Assembly: GCA_030599585.1 (NCBI GenBank)
Contig: JAUVNS010000031.1
Coordinates: 1 to 21,273 of the forward strand
Length of the DNA stretch: 21,273 nucleotides
Direction: 5' to 3'
Origin: Promethearchaeota archaeon
GTDB taxonomy: Archaea; Asgardarchaeota; Lokiarchaeia; Sigyniarchaeales; SOKP01
This document shows positions 1 through 8,823 of the stretch, in pieces (position 1 is the stretch's first letter; each line of letters begins with the position of its first letter). Both the position numbers and the translations under genes were made by a program. The notes beneath the pieces are model-generated. The model did not search any database, was not told the DNA's origin, and worked only from the letters and a program-made list of their open reading frames with translations.

Positions 1-80
1 CTTAATTTCAAAGACTCATTTCGGATAGTTGATCTAAGGTTATAAAGTTCTTTTCTTATTTCCTTTACATTTTCATTCAT
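1..80 (-). CDS. 5' end of a hypothetical protein running off the window (MNENVKEIRKELYNLRSTIRNESLKL...)
   Basis: Minus-strand ATG at 80 preceded by a GAGGT SD-like motif (88-92). The frame is open to the window edge. Confidence 0.55.
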   Translation of the reverse strand, partial: MNENVKEIRKELYNLRSTIRNESLKL

Positions 81-239
81 TAGAAATACCTCTTTTTTAT
101 TTTTAATAAAGTTTAATTCTAGATCTCTCGATGAATTAGCGAGATTTTCAACCTTTTCAGGAAAGGAAGGTCTTACTATTTCTGAATTCTGTCTCGTTTT
201 TTAAATTTTAATCTTTATTTTTTCACTTTCCTGAAAACC

Positions 240-275
240 TTATCATAGTCGACACTCATGTCAAAACTATGGTAA
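240..275. promoter_or_regulatory. Imperfect inverted repeat between divergent ORFs, possible operator
   Basis: TTATCATAGT (240-249) pairs with ACTATGGTAA (266-275) at 9/10, with an inner GACA/TGTC pair. Confidence 0.3.
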
Positions 276-381
276 CAAAAATTAAGAAGAGTTCACATAT
301 TTAGTAGATCTTATCGAACTTTGATTGGACTTTTAGATTCTTATTGGATTTTCTTATACAATCTATTACATTTTAAAATAA

Positions 382-531
382 TTTCTCTCTCTCAAATGTA
401 TAGAAGCTTTAGAAGAATTATGCAAAGAATCCAATAAAGATGGTTCTAAACTATTTAGAGCATTTATCAAATATTTCAAATTTAATCTTAAAGAATTTCA
501 AAAAATAAAAAATGGTGATTACGATTCCTGA
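382..531 (+). pseudogene. Startless small ORF, weakly ribbon-helix-helix-like
   Basis: The frame reads FLSLKCIEALEELCKESNKDGSKLFRAFIKYFKFNLKEFQKIKNGDYDS*. It is preceded by an in-frame TAA and begins in a (TC)n tract where a frameshift could have occurred. Confidence 0.25.
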
Positions 532-591
532 AACCTGTTGGTGCATTGCCACAGATAAACAAATGATAAAAAAAATTAGAGGTAAAAAATA

Positions 592-783
592 ATGAAAAAA
601 AAATATTACTGGTTGATTGGAATATTAGGTTTAACCACACTTGCAATAATGATCCTATTTAGAATTCTACAAATCTCTGAACCACTGGGTATAGGATTCA
701 ATCTATTTATAGACGTGTGTATATCATTACTCTTAGCTGGTATCATCATGGGTATAATTTTAGCTAAGAAAAATATAAAATAG
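592..783 (+). CDS. Small two-TM membrane protein
   Basis: GAGGT SD upstream, two hydrophobic segments and basic termini. Confidence 0.65.
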   Translation: MKKKYYWLIGILGLTTLAIMILFRILQISEPLGIGFNLFIDVCISLLLAGIIMGIILAKKNIK

Positions 784-812
784 AAAAAATTAAAATAAAG
801 AGGCAAAGAAAA

Positions 813-1151
813 ATGTGTAATCAATTAATGATTTTACCATTTGAAGGAAATGATCATTCCAATTCAGTACTAAGATTATATGGTTTTGCTGGTGATGATT
901 ATTTAAGTAAATTATGTGAAAAAATATACAAATTGAGAGAAAATGCTGAAGAGAACAATCAATTTGTTCCAGATGATTTTTGTTCACATTTAAGTTTTGT
1001 TGATAATGATGATGATAAAGATTGTTATTATGGAATTACAAATGGTTTAATCTACGTATTTGCAAAAGACTTGGTTGAATTAGAAAACATTCATAAAGAA
1101 TACTACAAAGAAACTGATTTTTTCTATATTGTATGGGTAATTTTCTTTTGA
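813..1151 (+). CDS. Hypothetical acidic protein
   Basis: 112-aa ORF with a GAGG motif upstream, 29 nt downstream of the preceding ORF. No family recognised. Confidence 0.6.
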   Translation: MCNQLMILPFEGNDHSNSVLRLYGFAGDDYLSKLCEKIYKLRENAEENNQFVPDDFCSHLSFVDNDDDKDCYYGITNGLIYVFAKDLVELENIHKEYYKETDFFYIVWVIFF

Positions 1152-1274
1152 TAAGTTTAAAACTTATTTTTAATTCGAAATTTCAATCGATTTTTAAAAA
1201 GTAGTATAAAAATATTAAGAGATAAGAAATAATTATATCTTGTTAAAACATTAAATATTAGTAAAGAAGGGTTA

Positions 1275-1307
1275 ATACATTTAGACCCAATGAGATACAT
1301 TTAAATA
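1275..1307 (+). promoter_or_regulatory. Direct repeat ATACATTTA x2 (20-bp period) overlapping a TATA-like TTTAAATA
   Basis: Copies lie at 1275-1283 and 1295-1303. TTTAAATA lies at 1300-1307, about 35 nt before the RHH start codon. Confidence 0.4.
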
Positions 1308-1341
1308 CCCTATTTCACATGATAATAATGGTGATTTAAAA

Positions 1342-1494
1342 ATGGTAAAAAAACAAATTTGTTTTACTGTTGATGAAGAAACTGCTAAAGAATTGGAAAA
1401 AATTAGAGACGAAACAGGGATTCCAGTAAGTAAACAAGTTGAATTGTCATTAAAAGGATATAAAATCGTAAAAAAAGAAGGATCAGAAGAATAG
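1342..1494 (+). CDS. Ribbon-helix-helix (CopG/Arc/MetJ-like) DNA-binding protein, 50 aa (below the ORF-track cutoff)
   Basis: Translates as MVKKQICFTVDEETAKELEKIRDETGIPVSKQVELSLKGYKIVKKEGSEE: an alternating beta strand, helix, G-I-P-V-S turn, then a second helix. GGTGA SD at 1330-1334. Confidence 0.8.
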   Translation: MVKKQICFTVDEETAKELEKIRDETGIPVSKQVELSLKGYKIVKKEGSEE

Positions 1495-1512
1495 TAATCT
1501 GTGAATCTTTAA

Positions 1513-1941
1513 ATGGCAGAGCTTGATTTAATTTTAGGTGTTGTTATAGGCATTTTCTTATCTTTAGGTGTTGATCTTTTAAAAGAAATCTTGGTAAAGA
1601 AATATACTTTTTGGAGAGGAAAAAAAGAAACTAAAATCCAAATTAAAGAAGATCTGAAAGCTTTTATAACAATGTTATTCGAAATGTGGGAAAATTATAA
1701 AATCTCATGCATTATATACAAGGATTTTAAAGAAGACCTTAAAACCCAACTTAAGGAAATAATTGATTTCTATACAAGAAGAGCAAAGGATTTAGAAAAA
1801 GTTTTAATTATCAAAATTCGAAAAACTAGTTTAGAGTTTTTAGAGCTTGCTAACACTTCTGAACCTAATTGGTTTGAAATAATAAAACCAGAGGGAGAAA
1901 AGCTCTGCAATGAATATAGAGAAATAGTCCAAGATCTTTAA
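1513..1941 (+). CDS. Hypothetical protein with N-terminal TM anchor and helical soluble domain
   Basis: 142-aa ORF 18 nt after the RHH gene, with hydrophobic residues ~5-23. A T-run follows the stop. Confidence 0.7.
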   Translation: MAELDLILGVVIGIFLSLGVDLLKEILVKKYTFWRGKKETKIQIKEDLKAFITMLFEMWENYKISCIIYKDFKEDLKTQLKEIIDFYTRRAKDLEKVLIIKIRKTSLEFLELANTSEPNWFEIIKPEGEKLCNEYREIVQDL

Positions 1942-2150
1942 TTTTTTTTACAAAATTATTCCTAATTATGAAATGATCTCTCTTCAGGTAATATTTTACT
2001 CATATAACTTAAACACAAGACAAATTTCGCACGATTATTTTAAAGTTGATATAAAAATCATTAAAAAAAATAGTATGGCAAGGAAAGAAAAAAATTAGGT
2101 TAGTTCTTTTATATTAGCTTTTCTTTTAGCTAATTTATCTTTAAGTTCTT

Positions 2151-2510
2151 TTACAACATCTCTAAAATCTTGATGAGTACCTCTTCCAAAACATATCTTA
2201 ATGCTATAAAAACACTTTTTAAAGCTTGTTTTAATTTTTCAGTAATACCAAACCTCAAAAGTTTAAAAATCTCTTCAATTTCAGTAGTTTCTATTTTGGA
2301 ATCTCGTGCTACTAACGGAAGCCGAATTCGATAAGGAATACAAATCCATTTTAGACTATAAAAAGAAGAACCTATAGAGCAGAATTTCTCTACCCATTCC
2401 TTTATTATAAGGAAAGACAAAAATAGGATAATTATTATTGAAAATAATAATGGGATAAGGTAAAATCTATGTAGTATAAGACTAGAATATTTTGTAGATA
2501 TTAAGCCGAT
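2151..2510 (-). CDS. Hypothetical membrane-anchored protein, start uncertain
   Basis: The tracked ORF 2151-2420 stays open upstream through a TM-like segment to an in-frame ATC at 2510, 6 nt after AGGTGAT. Confidence 0.4.
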   Translation of the reverse strand: MGLISTKYSSLILHRFYLIPLLFSIIIILFLSFLIIKEWVEKFCSIGSSFYSLKWICIPYRIRLPLVARDSKIETTEIEEIFKLLRFGITEKLKQALKSVFIALRYVLEEVLIKILEML

Positions 2511-2569
2511 ATTTATATCACCTACTGAAACCCTCGATTAACAAGAAAAATGAGAATTTATTTATTTTT

Positions 2570-3955
2570 TTATTGCTTTATCTCAACCTTGAAAGAAATC
2601 TCACCTGAGGTAGGATTTCTATAGATATCGGAAAGAAATATTCCTGAATTCATTGAAGCGAAAGAGGTTGAGATAGTTCCAGTATCACCTAAGGAATTCA
2701 CATTTTGATCTCCAGGAAATGGATCTCCTGGATCACCCCAATTATAATCAGTCTCCAAATCTAAATATCCATCAGCTTGAACGAGTAAGAGGGCAGGGTT
2801 TATAGGGCTCATCACATGTCCATTTAAATCAACTTTCCAAACAAGCAATCCTTCCCCCGGAAGATCTGAATCGAACCCTAGCTTATTTCGATTTTCTATG
2901 ATAATAAATTGCCCATCCTTAAACTTTGGACTAATTATTTTTAAAATATTACCTGAGGATTTTGAGTAAGGAAATAATACATATTTTTGGGGAGATTGTG
3001 GTCTACTGACAATATCCACTTTAATCCATTCATGCTGAGATTTATGGAGTCCCGCGGGGTGAGATAGGTTATGAACAAAACATCCATTACCCATTAAATC
3101 CCAATATCCTGATCCTGCCCATTTATGCGGATCAGTCTGAGAATAATCTGTGTCGTAAAAATCATCCCATTGAAACGCTAGGTGACCAAATTCATGAGCC
3201 AAAGTACCGAGATCAGGTTTTTGTGAGACAATAATAAAGCAATCAATATTTAAATTAAATGGTGGGCATTTTATCTTATTCCTTATTTGCCCCCAATGAG
3301 CTATTATATGTTTTAAGTTACCTGGCGGATCCAGATAAGCAGCTTCTTTTCCAGAATGTACGATCATGAGAGACCCGACCTTGCCGTTATTTAAGATATC
3401 TAAATCTTGCTCAAAGGTTGTGCCCTTATCTATCGCTATTGTAACTGCCTCTTCTACTAATTTTTGGGAATTATTGGGATAGGAATCTCCATCCATACCA
3501 GAGTCTTTTCCTATATAATAACTATATTTTTCGGGCATTCTAAACCAACCATGGACGGTACCGCATATTTCAACCTTCCCTAAAGATACTTCCTGATAGT
3601 ATTCTTTTAAACTATTAGCTGGAACTATGCTTTTCGAAAATAAGATATCTTCATAAAATTTTTTGCTCATTTTCCCTCTCCTATCTTTAAAATCAACCAA
3701 AAGTACTTTTATTGGGATTCTATCATTAATTTTAACTCTCGGTATATTGATTTTTTTTCTGTCAGAAACCCGTTTTATATTTGGTTGGTTATCATCATCC
3801 CCTTCCATAGATTTAGCCCTATCACGAAATCCTATGTCTATTAAATAATTTCGAAAGCTCAAATCTGGGAATTTTTTTTTTTTCTTTAAGTATTTTTTTC
3901 GCAGTTTTAATATAACATTTGGGTGTGTGGGTATTAATTTTAAAGGTGACATCAA
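2570..3955 (-). CDS. M6 family (immune inhibitor A-like) zinc metalloprotease
   Basis: Motifs VLLVDF, SLKEYYQEVSLG, MIVHSG, HEFGH...DFYD, WDLMGNG, IIENR...GFD..LPGEGLLVW and LVQADG...GDPGDPFPG. Confidence 0.88.
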   Translation of the reverse strand: MMSPLKLIPTHPNVILKLRKKYLKKKKKFPDLSFRNYLIDIGFRDRAKSMEGDDDNQPNIKRVSDRKKINIPRVKINDRIPIKVLLVDFKDRRGKMSKKFYEDILFSKSIVPANSLKEYYQEVSLGKVEICGTVHGWFRMPEKYSYYIGKDSGMDGDSYPNNSQKLVEEAVTIAIDKGTTFEQDLDILNNGKVGSLMIVHSGKEAAYLDPPGNLKHIIAHWGQIRNKIKCPPFNLNIDCFIIVSQKPDLGTLAHEFGHLAFQWDDFYDTDYSQTDPHKWAGSGYWDLMGNGCFVHNLSHPAGLHKSQHEWIKVDIVSRPQSPQKYVLFPYSKSSGNILKIISPKFKDGQFIIIENRNKLGFDSDLPGEGLLVWKVDLNGHVMSPINPALLLVQADGYLDLETDYNWGDPGDPFPGDQNVNSLGDTGTISTSFASMNSGIFLSDIYRNPTSGEISFKVEIKQ

Positions 3956-4338
3956 TATTTCATCTTCTATTTATAAGATTTAGTTTATATACAAATGTAT
4001 ACTAATTTAAGAATTTCGTAAATCCTATGTATATAAAGATTTTTAAAAGGAAGAATTAAAAACCCGAGAGTTTTTTTGTTTATAAATGGTTAGATTCTTG
4101 AAATATGTGGATTAGAACTTTTATCCATAAAGTACGCTAAAACAATCGAGTTCTACTACTCGCTTTCCTTTATTTCTTTAATAATTTCGATTATTAATAA
4201 GAAGACCTTTCTTCTAGTTTAACTGGGGCATATTTTTTGATTTTGATGGGTTTTCAAAAATATTATATACATTTCTGTATTAATGAAAATATATATTAAA
4301 AAAATATTTAACTAGATTTCCAATTGAGGTAAAACTAA

Positions 4339-4731
4339 ATGGTAGATTTACAGTTACCTAATCTTAAAGAAGCATTAGCTATGATAATTGCGATAGTAAC
4401 TCCTCTTTTTACAGGATTGCTCACTATATTCACAGACTTGAAAATAGTACTTACTTCAGATCAAAAATTCATTCTCGTTTTGGTATCATTTATCGTTGGT
4501 ACTTTTTTTTTAGTTTCAATTCTGTTTATATCTGAAATGCAGAAAAGAAGAGTTTATAAAGAGGATGTGGCTCATGCTACTGAAATATCTAAACATCGAT
4601 CTCGTCTTGTTCGATTTGTAAACGAATTACAATCTCACACAGGCGAAGGTGAATGGTTGAAAGATATTAAAACTCATATTGATACATTTTATGATGCAAT
4701 AAAACCCAAACCAAAACCCAAAAACCCATAA
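4339..4731 (+). CDS. Two-TM membrane protein with C-terminal (KP)n tail
   Basis: GAGGT SD, two hydrophobic helices, and a C-terminus of KPKPKPKNP. Confidence 0.7.
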   Translation: MVDLQLPNLKEALAMIIAIVTPLFTGLLTIFTDLKIVLTSDQKFILVLVSFIVGTFFLVSILFISEMQKRRVYKEDVAHATEISKHRSRLVRFVNELQSHTGEGEWLKDIKTHIDTFYDAIKPKPKPKNP

Positions 4732-4784
4732 ATTTTAGACTTATCAAAAATTATCAAAGAATGTATAAAAAATAATAATTACTT

Positions 4785-4819
4785 GAGTAAATTTTAACTT
4801 TAAATCCTTTTATTTTTTT
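4785..4819 (+). repeat. Left TIR GAGTAAATTTTAACTTTAAATCCTTTTATTTTTTT
   Basis: Reverse complement of 6591-6625 with one mismatch. Confidence 0.92.
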
Positions 4820-5080
4820 AACTTAATCTTTTATTAATTGCTTCCTTTATAATGGTTCTATACCTATTAGATTTATGTCGTGTGATTTGAGACCTTCATT
4901 GCATGAAAGGCGATCGCAAAATTTAAGCATCAAGATTAAATTCTCTAAGTAGTTATTCACAATAATAAATATTTAAATGATAAGATTTGTATTTAGTTAG
5001 TTATAGCTCTAATTATTAACCAAAAAGAATAAATAGGCGATTACCTAATACTTTATTATAGATCTTAAAATTGGCTCATC

Positions 5081-6565
5081 ATGATAATAATCTTATACAG
5101 AATAAAGCCCAGTATTTACCAAACACAATTGACCGATTTTACAGGGTTAAAATCTATTGAAAAATACGACATGAGCGTTCCAAAAGATTACAGAAACGCC
5201 CGAAAAAAATTTCGTTGGATTCCAATACATCCCACATGGGGGGCGCATACTAAGCAAACTCCGAGAACCATACCTAAATCCCAGAAAAGGATTCAAGACT
5301 TCATAGATTGGGAACCAAAACTAAAGGATATATACTTATATCGATTCCCGCGTGTCAAAATCCCCTGTTTTAAAGATTTTGGGATGGGAGTGATCTCTAA
5401 ATTGGAATGGAATATGCATCGATATCTAAAAGGATTTAGCGGATTCTTTGAAAACTTATTTGAATTTAACGATTTTAGCTTTTTCCAGGATCTCCAAGGG
5501 ATTCTTGAGGAACACGGCGTGTCATTTAAGAATATGTTTATTGAGGATGTGCTTGCATATGAAATGTTGCGAATTAACTTGGGCTTTAAAAATTACGCTG
5601 GAATTGAGAAAATGGGGAGGTTTCTTTCTTTTCCACCTCTATTCAGCATTACACATGACTCTAAATTCTTTCCAAAGGCACAAGATATCAGTTATGTAAT
5701 GACCAGAATCCCGCCTGAAGCGCTGTTTGAATTCTTTCAGCTGCTGGTAAAAGAATGCATTAATTATGGTATAATCGTCCCTAGAATCCTAATTTGGGAT
5801 GGTCAATTCATACGTTCAAATTGTAACAATAATAAAAAGAAAGGGCAACCGAAATATACTGATTCTGATGCGGGATATTGTCGCCATAATGGTATCAAGA
5901 AGGGTGTGGGCTATGATCCCGGAATATTATACGTTCATTGCTTTAATCGCTGGTTTCCCATATATTTCAAGATGTTTGCTGGAAATCGGAACGATATTCT
6001 CGCGTTTAGAGAAACAATGGAAGAATTTTTTACACATACGGAATATGAATGGCAAGTACTTATTGCAGATTCGGGCCATTATTCTCTACAAAACATGGAG
6101 AATATGCGATCTAAAGGGCTATTACCAATTATTCGAGCGCGGAAACATCTGAAGACCCATCCTATAAGGGAGTTAAAAAAAGGATTTTTTTTCAATACGG
6201 AATATATTCCAAAAGGATGGTCGGATGATTATTTTCTCAAGATCTACAGCTTTCGACCAATGATTGAGCAAGGAAATTCATACAATTATACGTTTTATAA
6301 TGCCTTTCGGATGAACACTAGGGGAATGGACGCGGCAAGAAAACATCGATCAATAATCTATATTCTAGAACTATTAAAAGCGCTGACTGCGTATAAAATA
6401 GGGCGCCCCAAGTTAATTATGAAGCCTTCTGCTTTTGAATCCTCTCGGCACTCCAATTTTAAACTCATGCTTCCTTACGAAGCACAAAAATCGGGATATA
6501 TTTACTTCAATTCCGACGAAGTATTACGCCGACGAATTAAAAATCGTTATGGGTTAATGTCCTAA
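5081..6565 (+). CDS. DDE transposase (DDE_Tnp_1-like)
   Basis: Catalytic triad contexts ILIWDGQ, LIADSGHYS and YSFRPMIE (Y-2-R-3-E), plus the motifs DSDAGY and AGNRND. The true start may be the ATG at 5171. Confidence 0.9.
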   Translation: MIIILYRIKPSIYQTQLTDFTGLKSIEKYDMSVPKDYRNARKKFRWIPIHPTWGAHTKQTPRTIPKSQKRIQDFIDWEPKLKDIYLYRFPRVKIPCFKDFGMGVISKLEWNMHRYLKGFSGFFENLFEFNDFSFFQDLQGILEEHGVSFKNMFIEDVLAYEMLRINLGFKNYAGIEKMGRFLSFPPLFSITHDSKFFPKAQDISYVMTRIPPEALFEFFQLLVKECINYGIIVPRILIWDGQFIRSNCNNNKKKGQPKYTDSDAGYCRHNGIKKGVGYDPGILYVHCFNRWFPIYFKMFAGNRNDILAFRETMEEFFTHTEYEWQVLIADSGHYSLQNMENMRSKGLLPIIRARKHLKTHPIRELKKGFFFNTEYIPKGWSDDYFLKIYSFRPMIEQGNSYNYTFYNAFRMNTRGMDAARKHRSIIYILELLKALTAYKIGRPKLIMKPSAFESSRHSNFKLMLPYEAQKSGYIYFNSDEVLRRRIKNRYGLMS

Positions 6566-6590
6566 CTCGAAAGATCAAGTAAAAATATCA

Positions 6591-6625
6591 AAAAAAATAA
6601 AAAGATTTAAAGTTAAAATTTACTC
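6591..6625 (-). repeat. Right TIR of the IS
   Basis: Reads AAAAAAATAAAAAGATTTAAAGTTAAAATTTACTC on the + strand. Confidence 0.92.
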
Positions 6626-6627
6626 AC

Positions 6628-6648
6628 TTTTTTTTTTTTTTTTTTTTT
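6628..6648 (+). terminator. T21 homopolymer, probable former terminator of the 4339-4731 gene
   Basis: Removing the IS places this T-run about 50 nt after the stop at 4731. Confidence 0.45.
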
Positions 6649-6810
6649 CATACGAAAAGAATTCCTTCTAATTCAAAAAGATGTATGACACATTTTATTT
6701 CAAAATTCATAGACTGATGTACCAAACATTTTTCAATTAGTTTATAAACAAAGGTACATAATTTATGTTGGAATATCTTTTTTGACAAAAATGACAACAG
6801 TGATTCTAAT

Positions 6811-8748
6811 ATGAGAATTAAAGACAAAAAATTTAAAATTATATGTATAGTATTAATCACCTTAATAATAAATATTGCATCAATATCTTCGACTTTTGGA
6901 TATCAAGAAAATCAATATGTAGAAGTTATCGTTTTTTTTGAACCGAACGAGAGTGTTGAAGTTTCTGGTGTTGAGTACATCTATCAATGGGAATCCTTAA
7001 ATGCATTTAATGGAAGAATACCATACTCAACATATGAGTTTTTAAAGAAATCACCTTCAGTGAAATTCATTACAACTGAAATAGAAGGAGAAGGATTTAT
7101 GCAACTTGATGAAACTTGTCCTTCTGGCGTTTGGCAAATTGAAGCTGATAGAGTTTGGGGAGGGGAAAGATCACATCCTGCTGTAGGGAACACATATGTA
7201 ATTCCCGGAAATCCATCTGGTCAAGGAATTAAAGTAGCTATTATTGATACTGGTGTAGATAATAACCATAATGATCTAGAAAGTAATTATGGAGGTGGAA
7301 TAAATTATATAGATCTAGGATACCCTCAAGTGGATTATGACGGGCATGGTACGGGATGTGCCGGTATTATTGCTGCAGTAGATAACGAAATAGATGTTAT
7401 AGGTGTAGCGCCACACACTACAATTTATGCCGCTAAAGGAATTACATCTGAGGGTGGGTTTTTTTTAGCTTCTCTATTAAATTGTATTTGTTGGAGTATT
7501 GATAACAATATGGATGTTATATCAATGAGTTGGGGAGCTTACCCTAATTGGAATCCAGCATTAATTGGTATAGCAATTGCTTTAGACATAGCATACGCAA
7601 ATGGCATAGTTCTTGTAGCTTCAACGGGAAATTATCCCACTACTCAGGAAGATCATGTGCTCTTTCCTGCTAGTTTGCCTAGTGTAATAGCTGTAGGTGC
7701 GTCAGATTACAATGGAGAGAGAGTTGATATCCCTGGCTGGTGGTCAAGTTGTTATGGTCCTGAAGTTGATTTTATTGCTCCAGGATTACGTATAATGACT
7801 ACTAAGTTAGGAGGTGGGGCTACTATTTATCCCCACTTTAGTGGTACTTCTGCAGCAGCCCCACATGTTGCAGGAATTTGCGCTTTATTGCTCTCTCAAG
7901 ATCCAACTTTAACTCCATCTGAAATAAAAACAATTTTACAGCTAACTGCTGAAGATGTTGGTGACCCTGGTCAAGATGACGAAACTGGTTTTGGTCTGGT
8001 CAATGCTTATGGAGCTCTCGATGTTGAAAATCCCATAGTAAGTATCACAAATCCATCTTCATATTATGTATCAGGGATAGTATCGATTAGTGCTTCTGCT
8101 TCTGATAATTACAGATTGTATAAAGTTCAATTCAAAATTGATTCTGGGTCGTGGCATATAGATTACGATGCTACAAATGGGTGGTCATGGAATTGGAATA
8201 CAAACAGTTATAGTGATGGAATTCATACAATTTATTGTAGAGCGTATGATGCTCGAGGAAACTGGGCTCAAACTCAGAAAACAGTCAGAGTCCTAAATGG
8301 TGGTGGTGGTGGTGGATGTCCAATTTTATCTGTTTATAACGGATCTGAGTTTATTGATGAAGGCCTATTAGATATCCATAACTCTGATGGTATTGATGTA
8401 GTTACTGTTCACGAACTTGTGACAGAACCGAAATTTGTTAAGAAAAGCTGTTTTCTTCGCCTTACTGAACATCCTTTAACCATTTCACATATTGATAAGG
8501 TAGAACTTTATGGTCGACTCTCCAATGGATCATTAGTACCATTAGCTCTTAAAACAGCGCTTCACTCTTCTCTAGGAAATGTATTACCCGAGTTAAAGTT
8601 TAGTGATGATAACCGGGTTGACGTTCTGGGAGCCATTCACAATAACGGGACCTCTGAGTTCATTGATATAGAATTTAAATCGCTTCCTAATCAGGTTTTT
8701 TCAGGATTTACATTTATCATTGAAGGGCACAATTATATCATAAAATAA
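6811..8748 (+). CDS. Secreted S8 subtilisin-like serine protease with prodomain, Ig-like domain and GGGCP-type C-terminal domain
   Basis: Signal peptide and catalytic triad motifs IIDTG, HGTGCAG and GTSAAAPH, with oxyanion STGN. An Ig-like segment (PIVSITNP...WNTNSYSDGIHTIYCRAYD) is followed by a Gly6 linker and CPILSVYNG. Confidence 0.93.
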   Translation: MRIKDKKFKIICIVLITLIINIASISSTFGYQENQYVEVIVFFEPNESVEVSGVEYIYQWESLNAFNGRIPYSTYEFLKKSPSVKFITTEIEGEGFMQLDETCPSGVWQIEADRVWGGERSHPAVGNTYVIPGNPSGQGIKVAIIDTGVDNNHNDLESNYGGGINYIDLGYPQVDYDGHGTGCAGIIAAVDNEIDVIGVAPHTTIYAAKGITSEGGFFLASLLNCICWSIDNNMDVISMSWGAYPNWNPALIGIAIALDIAYANGIVLVASTGNYPTTQEDHVLFPASLPSVIAVGASDYNGERVDIPGWWSSCYGPEVDFIAPGLRIMTTKLGGGATIYPHFSGTSAAAPHVAGICALLLSQDPTLTPSEIKTILQLTAEDVGDPGQDDETGFGLVNAYGALDVENPIVSITNPSSYYVSGIVSISASASDNYRLYKVQFKIDSGSWHIDYDATNGWSWNWNTNSYSDGIHTIYCRAYDARGNWAQTQKTVRVLNGGGGGGCPILSVYNGSEFIDEGLLDIHNSDGIDVVTVHELVTEPKFVKKSCFLRLTEHPLTISHIDKVELYGRLSNGSLVPLALKTALHSSLGNVLPELKFSDDNRVDVLGAIHNNGTSEFIDIEFKSLPNQVFSGFTFIIEGHNYIIK

Positions 8749-8823
8749 GAATATAACAACTAATCAAAAACATTAAAACATTTTATTACCTTTTTTTTTT
8801 AGAAAATCTAATAGGTTAATTCG

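Larger units (their letters stand above)
4785..6625 (+). mobile_element. Complete insertion sequence (1841 bp), DDE type (IS4/IS5/IS1182-like)
   Basis: 35-bp TIRs match at 34/35. A 4-bp direct repeat ACTT flanks the element at 4781-4784 and 6626-6629. It encloses one transposase ORF that is visibly GC-richer than the flanks. Confidence 0.92.

Noticed and set aside
606-987. Minus-strand ORFs 606-824 and 790-987
   Set aside because: Antisense shadows of SD-supported plus-strand genes.
5448-6152. Alternative-frame ORFs 5448-5699 and 5799-6152
   Set aside because: They lie wholly inside the transposase gene and have no recognisable features.
8298-8748. Hint/intein domain after the Gly6 linker
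   Set aside because: It starts with Cys, but no recognisable block B TxxH in Hint context is present, and the late HN is followed by Tyr rather than a nucleophile.
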